64,000 nt of DNA from Candidatus Poribacteria bacterium (GCA_965215015.1 OZ244042.1:5664001-5728000), one strand, 5' to 3'; shown: positions 1 through 9,789, numbered from the stretch's first letter. Notes: a model not told the origin generated them from the sequence alone. Numbers and translations are program-made.

Positions 1-470
1 GCTGCCCTTTCTATCCTGTTTATCCTTCCAGCCTCGAAATCCTGATTCAGCACACCGATTCAAAGACTGTCAGAATCCGGATTCACCAGATTCTATGATT
101 CCCAGGAGTTTTTGATGCTGCCCTTTCTATCCTGTTTATCCTTCCAGCCTCGAAATCCTGATTCAGCACACCGATTCAAAGACTGTCAGAATCCGGATTC
201 ACCAGATTCTATGATTCCCAGGAAATTTTGATGCTGCCCTTTCTATCCTGTTTATCCTTCCAGCCTGAAAATCCTGATTCAGCACACCGATTCACATAGC
301 CTCCTTATCTAATTCAGGCATTTGCCGCCGCTGTCAGAATCCGGATTCACCAGATTCTATGATTCCCAGGAAATTTTGATGCTGCCCTTTCTATCCTGTT
401 TATCCTTCCAGCCTGAAAATCCTGATTCAGACATTTTCCGCCACTGTCAGAATCTGGATTTACCAGATTC
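1..470. repeat. Tandem array of a ~100-116-bp palindromic-ended REP/MITE-like unit (runs off the left edge)
   Basis: gctgccctttctatcctg recurs at 1, 117, 233 (116-bp period) and 381. Unit ends are imperfect inverted repeats (tgtcagaatccggatt ... aatcctgattcagaca). Confidence 0.9.
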
Positions 471-569
471 TAAATTCGCGCAGTTTGTCAACAAGAACAT
501 CTTGCGTTCATGTGATGTTCATTGATAAAGACTTCCACGAGCGGCCTGTCGATTAAATATCTCTACTGC

Positions 570-830
570 CACCATGAATTTGTCTCTGACTTGCCCCTAG
601 TTTGTGCTGAAAGGGTATCATCAGTAGTTTTGGTGAGAAAGTCCGGTCGGGGGGATACGCTGACACACTCCCCGTTTCATAGGAGTTTCTCACACCGTAC
701 TTTCGACCTGGTGTCGGACGAGAATCAAACCGAACCCAAAGAACGGCTCGGCAGGTCTTGGACTCTCGTGTAGCAGAGTGCCTTGCCATCCCGCACACTC
801 ACCCTCAATCAAACGCTCCTATGAAAGTGG
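570..830 (-). mobile_element. Putative orphan IS110-family non-coding left end (bridge-RNA-like), no transposase
   Basis: Three successive stem-loops on the minus strand. An 11-nt loop sequence (675-685) is the exact reverse complement of 816-826. Family assignment is from recall, not a search. Confidence 0.45.
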
Positions 831-895
831 TGCTGATAATAAAAAAGGAGAAACGAAAATCTGCTCCCCCTTTTTGAATCTTCGGTCCGCAGCTC

Positions 896-1741
896 TTAAC
901 GTACATACTCCGCTCCACGATGCGTCATGAGCCACTGTTTCAACGGGACATCCTCATCGGTTGGCTGCCACCAGCCTTTGATGTCTACCCCATCCCCAAG
1001 TAGTTGCCGGCGGATCGGATCACATTTGGCGAGGAGCTCAGGCGGCATCACATTGTAGTCAAGCCCACGCAACCAGCGATAACTGTAGCCGATGAACAAC
1101 ACCTTCCGCGTTACGTCCGAAAAATTCCAACCGCGGGAGTGCCATAACCGGCGGTCAAATAGTACCGCTGTTCCCGGTTTAATCTGCAACTCGATTGCAT
1201 CGTCCGGATCGCCTTCTAGATCGCTTTGAGGGGGGCGTTCGTCGAGTTTGTGGCTGCCGGGAACGATTCGCATCGCGCCCCGATCCGGGCCCCTTACATC
1301 ACTGAACCAATAACTCACTTTGAGAGAGAGTCGGGGGTGCGGCCGCTCCATTTCTTGCACAGGTCTGCCCCCGTCCTGATGCCACCCCGCCCCCTTTCGG
1401 GTTCGCTGTACGTCCGGTCCCTCCGGTGGATAAACGATGAGATGAGAGATGTAAAGTTGGATGTTCCAACCAAGGATATCCCACAGCAACGGGAATACCT
1501 TCGGGTTGTCAAGCAACTCAAGGAACAGATCATCTTCAGCGACAGTGCGAAATTTTTTCATTAGGTCGTGTGGGCCAAGTCCCTGCCTTTTTCGTTCCTC
1601 TGCATCAATTCGATTAATAACGAGGGTCAGTTTGTCAACCATCTCCGGCGATAGAGCCTCCTCGACGATTAAGTAGCCCTCGTCGTTAAACGTCCGGAGT
1701 TGTTCATCAGTAGCGCAGTATTTTAGCCATTCTTTGTCCAT
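896..1741 (-). CDS. Phytanoyl-CoA dioxygenase (PhyH) family Fe(II)/2-oxoglutarate dioxygenase
   Basis: FNDEGYLIVEEALS start, WHQD motif, IVPGSH, distal LWH. Confidence 0.9.
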   Translation of the reverse strand: MDKEWLKYCATDEQLRTFNDEGYLIVEEALSPEMVDKLTLVINRIDAEERKRQGLGPHDLMKKFRTVAEDDLFLELLDNPKVFPLLWDILGWNIQLYISHLIVYPPEGPDVQRTRKGAGWHQDGGRPVQEMERPHPRLSLKVSYWFSDVRGPDRGAMRIVPGSHKLDERPPQSDLEGDPDDAIELQIKPGTAVLFDRRLWHSRGWNFSDVTRKVLFIGYSYRWLRGLDYNVMPPELLAKCDPIRRQLLGDGVDIKGWWQPTDEDVPLKQWLMTHRGAEYVR

Positions 1742-1936
1742 GTCTCGCTCCTTTCAACTGAACTTTCTCAGAAGGTTAGTTATGTAAGCGCAGATCAAAG
1801 GTCTCACACTTTCGCAAAGTGCTTTTGGCAATAATATCAATAAGGGGACAAAAATTCAACCTTTTTCGTTTGATTGTATAATGCCATCTTGATAAAATGG
1901 GACATAGCACAATATACAGAGCATAGGAAGTTCCTG

Positions 1937-2821
1937 ATGAATACGAAAAAAATTCTGAAAAAAATCCGTCGAATCGAGATTACCACCAACCGACTCGTTA
2001 ACAACATCTTTGCGGGGGAATACGAGAGTGTATTCAAAGGGCGAGGTATGGAGTTTGAGGAGGTGCGTGAATACCAGCCCGGCGACGAGATTCGCACCAT
2101 TGATTGGAACGTGACCGCTCGGATGGGGCAGCCGTACATCAAAAAATATGTTGAGGAACGCGAACTGGTGATGATGCTGCTCGTCGATACCAGTGCCTCT
2201 GCGGACTTTGGGACACATCAACAGACGAAGGCGGAGATTGCGGCGGAAATCTCCGCGCTGCTCGCTTTTTCTGCTATCAAAAACAGCGACAAGGTCGGGT
2301 TGATCTGCTTCACAGACGATGTGGAGTTATTTGTTCCACCGCGTAAGGGAGTGAAGCACGTCCTGCGCGTGGTCCGGGAGATTCTATACTTTGCACCCCA
2401 GCAGCGGGGAACGAACATCAGTGCTGCCTTGGAGTACGTTGACCGCGTCATTCGACGAAAGAGCGTTGTATTCCTAATCTCCGACTTCAGGGATCAGGGG
2501 TACGAAAAACGATTGCAGGTAACGAGCAAACGCCATGACCTCATCGCGATTACGCTCCAAGATATGCGGGAGGAAACTTTGCCAAATATGGGGTTGATTG
2601 CACTTGAGGATGCAGAGACTGGTGAGGTGGTTGTCTTAGACACGCGGGAGGCGAAGGCGCGAGAGATGTATCGGCAACTCAATCTCAGTGTCGTTGAAGC
2701 GCGTCGAAAATTCTTCCAATCGAACAAAATCGACAACATTGAGATTCGGACGGAGCAATCTTACGTTGAGCCGTTGATTCGCTTCTTTCGACAACGTGCT
2801 GTGCGAGAGTCGTTTAATTAG
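1937..2821 (+). CDS. DUF58 (VWA-like, MoxR-associated) protein
   Basis: GRGMEFEEVREYQPGDEIRTIDWNVTAR, DTSAS and FLISDF motifs. ATG 1937 preferred. Confidence 0.92.
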   Translation: MNTKKILKKIRRIEITTNRLVNNIFAGEYESVFKGRGMEFEEVREYQPGDEIRTIDWNVTARMGQPYIKKYVEERELVMMLLVDTSASADFGTHQQTKAEIAAEISALLAFSAIKNSDKVGLICFTDDVELFVPPRKGVKHVLRVVREILYFAPQQRGTNISAALEYVDRVIRRKSVVFLISDFRDQGYEKRLQVTSKRHDLIAITLQDMREETLPNMGLIALEDAETGEVVVLDTREAKAREMYRQLNLSVVEARRKFFQSNKIDNIEIRTEQSYVEPLIRFFRQRAVRESFN

Positions 2822-2996
2822 TTCATTGGTTCATTGCACCATCACGAGACAAACAAGAAAACGAGAGAATGAGAAAACCAGACAGCTTCATATCCCGTTT
2901 TCCGGTTTTCTTTTTTTCTCTGTGTTTATGTACTATCTGCGATCGGCTTTCCAGTCTTCGCGTTTCACTTTATCAACAAATGGAGGAGCAACAACC

Positions 2997-4277
2997 ATGT
3001 CTAATAAACAACAATCTTCTGTCGGTAGTGAAAATAAAACAAGCACCGCAGTCAAACCGCCGGACTATGTTGCCCAAGCACAAGCTCGCGCAGCAGAATG
3101 GAAGGATCGAGCGAAAACCCGGCACAAAATTGTGGGGATTCGGACTTGGCACGTTAACCTAAATCCTGCCGCGATGTCATCAATGGCATATTCGCAAGTG
3201 GGTAGGCAAGTCCAGATGCCACCTGAGCCGAGGAACGTCCATGTTGATTGGCGCGGCCCCTTTGCCACACAAGCAGGTGCACTGATGGTGGAGATTACAA
3301 CCGACAAGGGGTTGAAAGGCTATGGACTTGGCGGTGGTGGGCTTGCCGGGGCAATTATCATTGATCGCCATATTAAATATTTCACGCTGGAGCGCGATCC
3401 GCTTGATGTGGAGGAGATTTGGGACACCCTCTATCACATCACGTCGATTTATGGACGACGAGGGGTTGTCATCTATGCCCTTAGTGGTATCGAACTGGCC
3501 CTGTGGGATCTTTGTGGCAAGATTCTGGACGCGCCGGTCTATCGCTTAATCACGGACAAGCCACAACTCGAGATACCGGCGTATGCCACTGGCGTGGATG
3601 TCGGTTACTACGCCGCGCAGGGGTTTACCGCCTGTAAGCCGGGGCTCCGAAATGGGCTTGCGGAAGGGGAGGAGGGCTTTGCGAAGAATCTTGAGATTAT
3701 CCGCGAGGCGCGTCAGGCGATTGGACCCGATATTGAACTCATGGCGGACATCTATCTCCGATGGGACGTGGATTATACGCTTCGTTTCGCTGAGGCTGCC
3801 GCTGATGTCAATCTTAAGTGGATTGAGGAAGCCATCCCATTGGACGATTATGCGGGCATGGCGCGGTTGGTTCAAGAAATTGATTCCACTTGGATCGTTT
3901 CCGGCGAACACGAGTTTACCCGATACGGGTTTCGCGAGCTGCTGCGCTGGAAAGCTGCTCACATGATTCAACCCGATATCAGTTGGGCGGGTGGGTTCGG
4001 CGAATGCCTCAAGATTGCCAATGAGGCAGCGGCGCAGGGGGTCCCGACTTGGCCCCATCAGGGGGGAACCCCTTGGGGGTTACACCTGATTGCCTGCTTA
4101 CCAATGCCGTGTCGAGCGGAAACCTTCGGTCCGTCACGCAAATCCACGGAGAATGCGCTCTACCACTGCTTGCGCCCTGCTCCCCGCAATGGCTCCTTCA
4201 TGTTGAATGACAACCCTGGATTTGGCGTGGAGATTGATGAAAAACTGTTGGACGCCTACACTATAGACGCTCTGTGA
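2997..4277 (+). CDS. Mandelate racemase/muconate-lactonizing enolase superfamily (rhamnonate dehydratase-like)
   Basis: ALSGIELALWDLCGK, ELMAD, WIEE, GEHEFT, IQPDISWAGG. RBS ggagga before ATG 2997. Confidence 0.88.
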   Translation: MSNKQQSSVGSENKTSTAVKPPDYVAQAQARAAEWKDRAKTRHKIVGIRTWHVNLNPAAMSSMAYSQVGRQVQMPPEPRNVHVDWRGPFATQAGALMVEITTDKGLKGYGLGGGGLAGAIIIDRHIKYFTLERDPLDVEEIWDTLYHITSIYGRRGVVIYALSGIELALWDLCGKILDAPVYRLITDKPQLEIPAYATGVDVGYYAAQGFTACKPGLRNGLAEGEEGFAKNLEIIREARQAIGPDIELMADIYLRWDVDYTLRFAEAAADVNLKWIEEAIPLDDYAGMARLVQEIDSTWIVSGEHEFTRYGFRELLRWKAAHMIQPDISWAGGFGECLKIANEAAAQGVPTWPHQGGTPWGLHLIACLPMPCRAETFGPSRKSTENALYHCLRPAPRNGSFMLNDNPGFGVEIDEKLLDAYTIDAL

Positions 4278-4361
4278 AAGCGGTTTCTAATTTAACTGAG
4301 GGGTGCACATAAAGTAGTAGACACACTTCGCGTGCCGTAAATCCTACAACCGTTATGGCAT

Positions 4362-4524
4362 ATGGCTTGACTAAGACGCAACTTCCATTAAACTCCCAAC
4401 CCGAATGGGAAAAACAAAATATCCCTAACCCCATAGGTGGGGCATCTTGCCCCATCTACCGTCTGAGCCCCTTATCTGTATCCGTGCCATCCGCTTCAAC
4501 CGTTGAATCCGTGATTCAGACAAT
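4362..4524 (+). repeat. 163-bp direct repeat, copy 1
   Basis: Highly similar to 7236-7398 (aactcccaacccgaatgggaaaaacaaaata...tgattcagacaat). Confidence 0.92.
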
Positions 4525-4768
4525 ACAGAACCGTGAATCCATGATGTTGTAGCGTTGCTCCAACGCAACACAAAATCGGGACTTTGAGCGTTCAACTGCG
4601 TAAGTCCTATAAGGTAAAAACCTCAGCACTTTTCGGTTGTTGTCTTTAAATGTCGTTTTATGTTCATCCCTTCGACTTCCATCACCACAAGCATATCAAC
4701 AGGCGATTGTTATCTGGGTTGACATCCAGATTAACACGACTGGAAAATTCGATACCGGGACCAGCGCA

Positions 4769-4927
4769 CTCTCCGGAGGGGTTGACGAATACAAGCGGAT
4801 TTTAATCATTGACGCGCTTGAAAGCACTGGAGACTAGAAGGCTGCGGCGGACCCCCTTGGTGTTCCTGAACCAATGTTGAGATATAAAATGGATAAATAC
4901 AGTATCAAAAGAAGCCAATCCATGTAA
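4769..4927 (+). pseudogene. Remnant C-terminal Fis-type HTH of a sigma54 enhancer-binding protein (NtrC family)
   Basis: Reads LSGGVDEYKRILIIDALESTGD*KAAADPLGVPEPMLRYKMDKYSI, matching the E..LI..AL..T.GN...AA..LG.....L.YKM.KY.I pattern with an in-frame stop. Confidence 0.7.
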
Positions 4928-4929
4928 GT

Positions 4930-5069
4930 TCGCAGAAAGCTGCGATATCGGGGGATTGACGTCGCAGAAAGCTGCGAACCTGCTGGAACGCAGTGGCCAC
5001 AAGGCTTCCGGCGATTATGTGTTGCCTTTAAGCCGATTTTGAGGCAAATCTGAACGCAGAAAGCTGCGA
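4930..5069. promoter_or_regulatory. Three palindromic sites TCGCAG-AAAG-CTGCGA (putative enhancer/UAS)
   Basis: Copies at 4930-4945, 4962-4977 and 5054-5069 (third starts ACGCAG). The first two are 32 bp apart. Confidence 0.7.
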
Positions 5070-5361
5070 AGTGCCAGGACGGGAAAAGTCAGAAATGAGA
5101 GAAATGGGGTTAGATTCCGCTTAAAATTAAGAATAAATGAGGAGTTATGCCCTTCCGTTTGTAGGCGGACAATTTATTGATCGATTCATCGGGCGGCGTG
5201 AGTTGTGTTATGCGGTAAGGATTTATAGCATTCATGTTTCCAACATGGATGTTAAGGGGTTCAAAGAACCCCTCAAATCCCAGATGAATCGCTGAACTCT
5301 GAGCTTTTGAGTATTTAACGAGGTAAGTTCTAGCCTGAAGAGTCGATTTCATTTACAATGT

Positions 5362-5377
5362 TGGCATGGGTCTTGCT
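5362..5377 (+). promoter_or_regulatory. Sigma54 (-24/-12) promoter
   Basis: TGGCAT-GGGTC-TTGCT, GG-N10-GC. Confidence 0.8.
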
Positions 5378-5723
5378 TTAAATCAAAATAGGGTAAAGCC
5401 AAGTTATCAACACTGTGAACACTTGGTGAAAAAGAGAACCACATACTCACTTCCAATCAAAATAATATAGGACTTGTGTACTTCAGGTTGTAGTTGCCCA
5501 ATTCATCGAGCGTTACAGAACGTGTTGTCTAGTTATGAACCACCGAACTACAATACTTTGAGCGTTCAACTGGGATTTGTCGGATTATTAGGGGAGGACC
5601 ATCAAGCCCCTAACAATCTTCCTTCAAAGCCTAACAGGCGGTTATAAACCTGAAGGTTAGAAATCATTTGCGTAAGTCCTATTTCTGTTTTTAGAAAAAC
5701 AATGGCTACAAGGAGAGAAAAAA

Positions 5724-6101
5724 ATGAAGCCGAGAATTTTGATAATCCTCTTATGTCTTGTGGCAACGTTATTTGTTGCGGGACTGTTACTGGCAGTGAC
5801 TCAAACAGATGGCCCTATTATTGGGACTGGAAGTATTTCAAGGTCGAGCGGGCAAGTGAGGGCACATGCATCAGCGAATGCTTCAAACGCAGCTCAAATG
5901 GGTTGGTTTTGGATACATGCACAAGTCCTTCCTTATAATTCGCAGTATCAGGATGTAGATTCTGGACCCATCTCAGGTTACCTATATCAGCGTGTTTACG
6001 TAAGTCGAGCAGGGCAGCCTGAGAGTAACGGGCGAGCATATTGTTCAATGTGGGCATCGTCTAGCGCAGGATACCATAGTGTCCTTATAGACTTGCCCTA
6101 A
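5724..6101 (+). CDS. Small secreted hypothetical protein (125 aa)
   Basis: RBS aggag; signal-peptide-like MKPRILIILLCLVATLFVAGLLLA; Ser/Ala/Gly/aromatic-rich mature part. Confidence 0.8.
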   Translation: MKPRILIILLCLVATLFVAGLLLAVTQTDGPIIGTGSISRSSGQVRAHASANASNAAQMGWFWIHAQVLPYNSQYQDVDSGPISGYLYQRVYVSRAGQPESNGRAYCSMWASSSAGYHSVLIDLP

Positions 6102-6265
6102 CCCTCTTCTATACAAGATTAGGCTTCTCAACGTGGGGCGAGGCAGGGGCAGCCGCGTTCCCCTGCTCCCCGCAAGCGAAGGAAATGCTACTTTTTCCAA
6201 TTAAGACTTTCAACCTGCTGGTCACAAACCAGAAGGTTAGAAATCATTTGTAAGGGAGTTCTGTC

Positions 6266-7039
6266 ATGAGAAATCTATGGGATTTAGCGAGACAACCGAT
6301 TGTTATTGGAACGTTTGTATTGGCTTTGCTTATCGTCGTTGGCTCCTACATTGGAGGTCATTGGTACTACGGGGATATTGAACCTATCGACACACCAGAG
6401 TACTCACCGACCTTCACGCCACAGCCATCTGAAGCGGAGCCGGTTCCTCAAATCAACTTAGAGGGGTTAACAGTTTTACCAGTTGAATCCGACCCGCCAC
6501 CCATTGAATTAGATACAACAGTAACGTCCCCGGGAGCGGAATCGGTCGAGGATTTCTTAGCCGGTTTGTCGCCCGAGGAGATACAACTTTTGACTGAGGA
6601 GGTAGCGGAGGCACTCCCGCCCCCCGAATCTATACATGGCCTAGGTCCCTATCCAGAGATACCCCCGGATTATCCATATCAAAATATATGGGAGACCCTT
6701 GAAAGATACTATGACGATGGTCATGCGACAATAGAGCATGAGCTAATCCACCGGGTCCTCATTAAGCTATGGAATCAGGGGAAGAAGACAGAAAGTGCAG
6801 TCCTGTGTAGTAAGAATGGGCGGGTCTATCCACTTTACAGGGATACGGTCTATTTTACGCACGTAGAATATAAAAATGCGGATGGAACTAGTGAGGGGTC
6901 TAAAGGTCACTATCGTAGTCATTATTGCCTTGCCTCTTACGAGGAGGCGGTTATGGAAGGCACTCAACCGAGTTGGTTAAAGGTTATCTCGATTGAAGAT
7001 GGGGGGCTTGAGCCCTACTCATTTCTCGGTTTGGATTGA
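6266..7039 (+). CDS. Membrane-anchored hypothetical protein (N-terminal TM, Pro/Glu linker, GLGPYPEIPPDYP domain)
   Basis: 257-aa ORF with RBS gggag and one N-terminal hydrophobic helix. Confidence 0.82.
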   Translation: MRNLWDLARQPIVIGTFVLALLIVVGSYIGGHWYYGDIEPIDTPEYSPTFTPQPSEAEPVPQINLEGLTVLPVESDPPPIELDTTVTSPGAESVEDFLAGLSPEEIQLLTEEVAEALPPPESIHGLGPYPEIPPDYPYQNIWETLERYYDDGHATIEHELIHRVLIKLWNQGKKTESAVLCSKNGRVYPLYRDTVYFTHVEYKNADGTSEGSKGHYRSHYCLASYEEAVMEGTQPSWLKVISIEDGGLEPYSFLGLD

Positions 7040-7235
7040 AAAGCAGGGGACACTTGAACGATCCATGCTGGTGGGAACTGATGGACTGTTAGGAGTCTCC
7101 TAACAGTCGGTCTAGTTTGCTCTTCGTTTGGTGAATAGTTTCCCTATACGCTCTGCTATCCTTTGGCGGGGCGGTGGGAACTGGCTATGAGTTGGTGATT
7201 CTGTTAGGGCTGCTGGCTTGTTAGGAAGATTGTTA

Positions 7236-7398
7236 ATGGCTTGGCTAACATCTAACTTCCATCAAACTCCCAACCCGAATGGGAAAAACAAAATACCCCC
7301 AACCTCGTAGGTGGGGCATCTTGCCCCATCTACCGTCTGAGCCCCTTATCTGTATCCGTGCCATCCGCTTCATCCGTTGAACCCATGATTCAGACAAT
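7236..7398 (+). repeat. 163-bp direct repeat, copy 2
   Basis: Matches 4362-4524. The 3' part is also seen degenerate at ~39420-39464. Confidence 0.92.
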
Positions 7399-7461
7399 TA
7401 TTATAGGGGGTGAGGTTACGGCATACGGAGTATGCCTACTACTAACAACTTGGGTTATATT

Positions 7462-8454
7462 ATGCTTTCCAATCTTGCCACTGCTATTCAGCTATCCATC
7501 CGCCAGAACTACAACCTCACGATCGAATCTGCAACACCCGTCGGCACCGGCGCAATGAGCACAACAATGCGGCTTGCGACCAACGGAGGAGCATTGTTCC
7601 TGAAAATCTATAAGTCGGCGCGAGATCAGAGAACTCCTGCCCAACCTGACCTTCAGCGAATCGCTTTTACGCACACGGTCCAGAACTTTTTGCATCAGAA
7701 CGGTTTTTCTGTCCCTCGATTGCTACTGAATAGCAGAGGCGAAACCTTCAGTGTGTGCGACAGTCCTGTAGAAGCGAGGGAGGTGTATGCGTTGTCTGAA
7801 TTTATTGAAGGATCTGACTACAATCTTGCGAATTTGGATCAGCTGCGTGCGTCGGGTGAAATGCTTGGATGTTTACACCAGCAACTCCGTCAATTTCAAC
7901 CCCAAATTCGACTTGCCGGGCTGCCCTTAGAAACTGAGATCTTTATACAACTGAAAGAGCGTTTATCCCGCCTCCAACCCGTTGTGAAGACAGATCCGGT
8001 GTCATCGATCCCAATTGGTTCATGGATTCATGAGGTCAAGGTTCTGAGAAGCTCGATCGGTGACGATACCCAATACGAACAGGACTGGCTCATACACGGC
8101 GATTACCGCGCCCAAAATCTCAAGTTCGATGGCAGTGGTATTCGCGCAATCCTCGATTTGGATACCGCTTGTCCTGCGTCCCGTCTGTATGATTTGGGAT
8201 ATGCCCTGATGTTTTTCCCCGCCGTTTATCAAGATATCCCTCTAACGATGAATCAGCAATCCATATTTCTGGGGGCTTACGAAAGCATCTGCCCACTATC
8301 TGAAGCCGAAAGGGAGATGCTTCCCGTCCACCTGCGAATCGCCTTTCTGCGCGGGATGACGCTCTGGTTGGATTTGTACTATTTTGCCGGAATGAGCGAG
8401 CGGACACACCCATGGATTCAAGGTTATCTGCAACATACACAATCTCTGTTTTAA
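7462..8454 (+). CDS. Aminoglycoside phosphotransferase / type II homoserine kinase-like protein
   Basis: LFLKIY, IHGDYRAQNL, ILDLD, LYDLG. The ATG at 7432 lies inside a repeat, so 7462 is preferred. Confidence 0.85.
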   Translation: MLSNLATAIQLSIRQNYNLTIESATPVGTGAMSTTMRLATNGGALFLKIYKSARDQRTPAQPDLQRIAFTHTVQNFLHQNGFSVPRLLLNSRGETFSVCDSPVEAREVYALSEFIEGSDYNLANLDQLRASGEMLGCLHQQLRQFQPQIRLAGLPLETEIFIQLKERLSRLQPVVKTDPVSSIPIGSWIHEVKVLRSSIGDDTQYEQDWLIHGDYRAQNLKFDGSGIRAILDLDTACPASRLYDLGYALMFFPAVYQDIPLTMNQQSIFLGAYESICPLSEAEREMLPVHLRIAFLRGMTLWLDLYYFAGMSERTHPWIQGYLQHTQSLF

Positions 8455-8617
8455 CCCCAACTTCATTGAATTCAGAAGCAGATCGAGAGAATTTCTGGGC
8501 GTCAACAGAGAATTTTATTTACATCCGCCCTGCTTTTGGTCTATAATAACCCCCGTGTGAGGTCGAGAGGCAATCCTTGACCGAAACAACATTTCATTCT
8601 TTAGGAGGAATACAATA

Positions 8618-8995
8618 ATGGCATACACTTTTCATCACGTTCATCTACGCTGTGAAGATGTTGAAGCCGCCGTTGCTTACTACGAAAAGATGCTTGATGG
8701 CAAAGTTACGGAGCGGGTAGAGGTACGCGGCTTGCCAATTGTTCGGATGGATATCGGTGGAGAGAAAATTTTCCTCTCGCCGAAATTTGGCGATATGGAA
8801 GTGGAACCGACCAGTGGAAATCCACGCTGGGGGGTTTATCAACTGGCGTTTGGGGTAGAAGACCTTGATGCTGCCCTTGCAGAGATGGAAGCAAAAGGGG
8901 CTGAAATTGAAGACGCTAAACCGTCTGGCTTGCCAATCGCTTTCGTCAAGGGACCGGATAACGTACAAATTGAACTCATTGAGGGGAGTGTCTAG
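8618..8995 (+). CDS. VOC/glyoxalase family protein
   Basis: FHHVHLRCEDVEAAVAYY, LAFGVEDLD, FVKGPDNVQIEL. Confidence 0.9.
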   Translation: MAYTFHHVHLRCEDVEAAVAYYEKMLDGKVTERVEVRGLPIVRMDIGGEKIFLSPKFGDMEVEPTSGNPRWGVYQLAFGVEDLDAALAEMEAKGAEIEDAKPSGLPIAFVKGPDNVQIELIEGSV

Positions 8996-9178
8996 CTTTT
9001 GCGGGTTGATGAACCGTAGGGGCGTCATCACGCAGAAGGCAAACTTTTTCACATGAAAGATTCCAAAAGGAGAAAAGTTTGCCTTCCCCCACCCCCTACT
9101 TGAGATATACCGATGAGTAAATTGCCTTGAGAGACCTGATGGGAAACAGCAAATTTCTTGAAAGAAGGAGAGTCGCAA

Positions 9179-9787
9179 ATGAGATTGGAGTTGTACATCG
9201 CCGGCGTTTCTCAAGCGAGTCTCTTGGATTGGAGGGCGCAACTCTCGGAATACGCACAAGCAGCAGGGTTGGAAGTAGCACACTTCCCAATCCATGAGAC
9301 ACCGGAAGCTCTTCGAGAAAAGCTGCCTGTCGTTTTGGATGAACTCTGTTCAATCCCTGAGCAGCGGATTGAATTTCATGCAGCAGATGTAGATCAGTTG
9401 TGCACCTTTGCTTATACAAATTACCGGTGCCGTATGGATAGAGACTGGAATGCCTCCCTCTATTTCCCTTCAAAGGGTGCAATTTTCCTTCCATTCGATG
9501 AAACCACCCTTTCCAGACGGGTTGCCCACCTCTACTATCAGGAGGGGACATCGGACAAGGTTTATCACCTTTATCTTGCCCAATCGTTGACAGACGATTT
9601 CTACTCTGTCATCAGCCGCTACGGTCGTCGTGACGGAGGGCTTCAACAAACGGAGAAGGGGTTTGATTCCCACCTTCAGGCAGCTGAGAAAGAGTGGAAC
9701 CGACTGCATCACGACAAGCTCCAGAAGGGATATCAGATCGGATACCCGACCCCGCCCCAACAACTCACATTGGCTTTGTCTTTCTGA
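9179..9787 (+). CDS. Hypothetical protein with C-terminal WGR domain
   Basis: LYYQEGTSDKVY...SRYGRR...KLQKGY. RBS aggag. Confidence 0.78.
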   Translation: MRLELYIAGVSQASLLDWRAQLSEYAQAAGLEVAHFPIHETPEALREKLPVVLDELCSIPEQRIEFHAADVDQLCTFAYTNYRCRMDRDWNASLYFPSKGAIFLPFDETTLSRRVAHLYYQEGTSDKVYHLYLAQSLTDDFYSVISRYGRRDGGLQQTEKGFDSHLQAAEKEWNRLHHDKLQKGYQIGYPTPPQQLTLALSF

Positions 9788-9789
9788 CT

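Noticed and set aside
1-470. CRISPR array
   Set aside because: Repeat of about 100 bp, linkers short and partly identical, no cas genes.
570-800. Group II intron 5' end (GTGCG on the minus strand)
   Set aside because: No domain V/VI or reverse transcriptase recognisable downstream.
1937-2821. Complete MoxR-DUF58-VWA (Bat) operon
   Set aside because: Only DUF58 is present; partners are not adjacent in this window.
8645-9551. Minus-strand ORFs of 216 and 151 aa
   Set aside because: Overlap well-supported plus-strand VOC and WGR genes and show no recognisable motifs.
9694-9789. N-terminal extension of the 590-aa QueE ORF
   Set aside because: Overlaps the WGR gene; QueE homology begins at ATG 9790.
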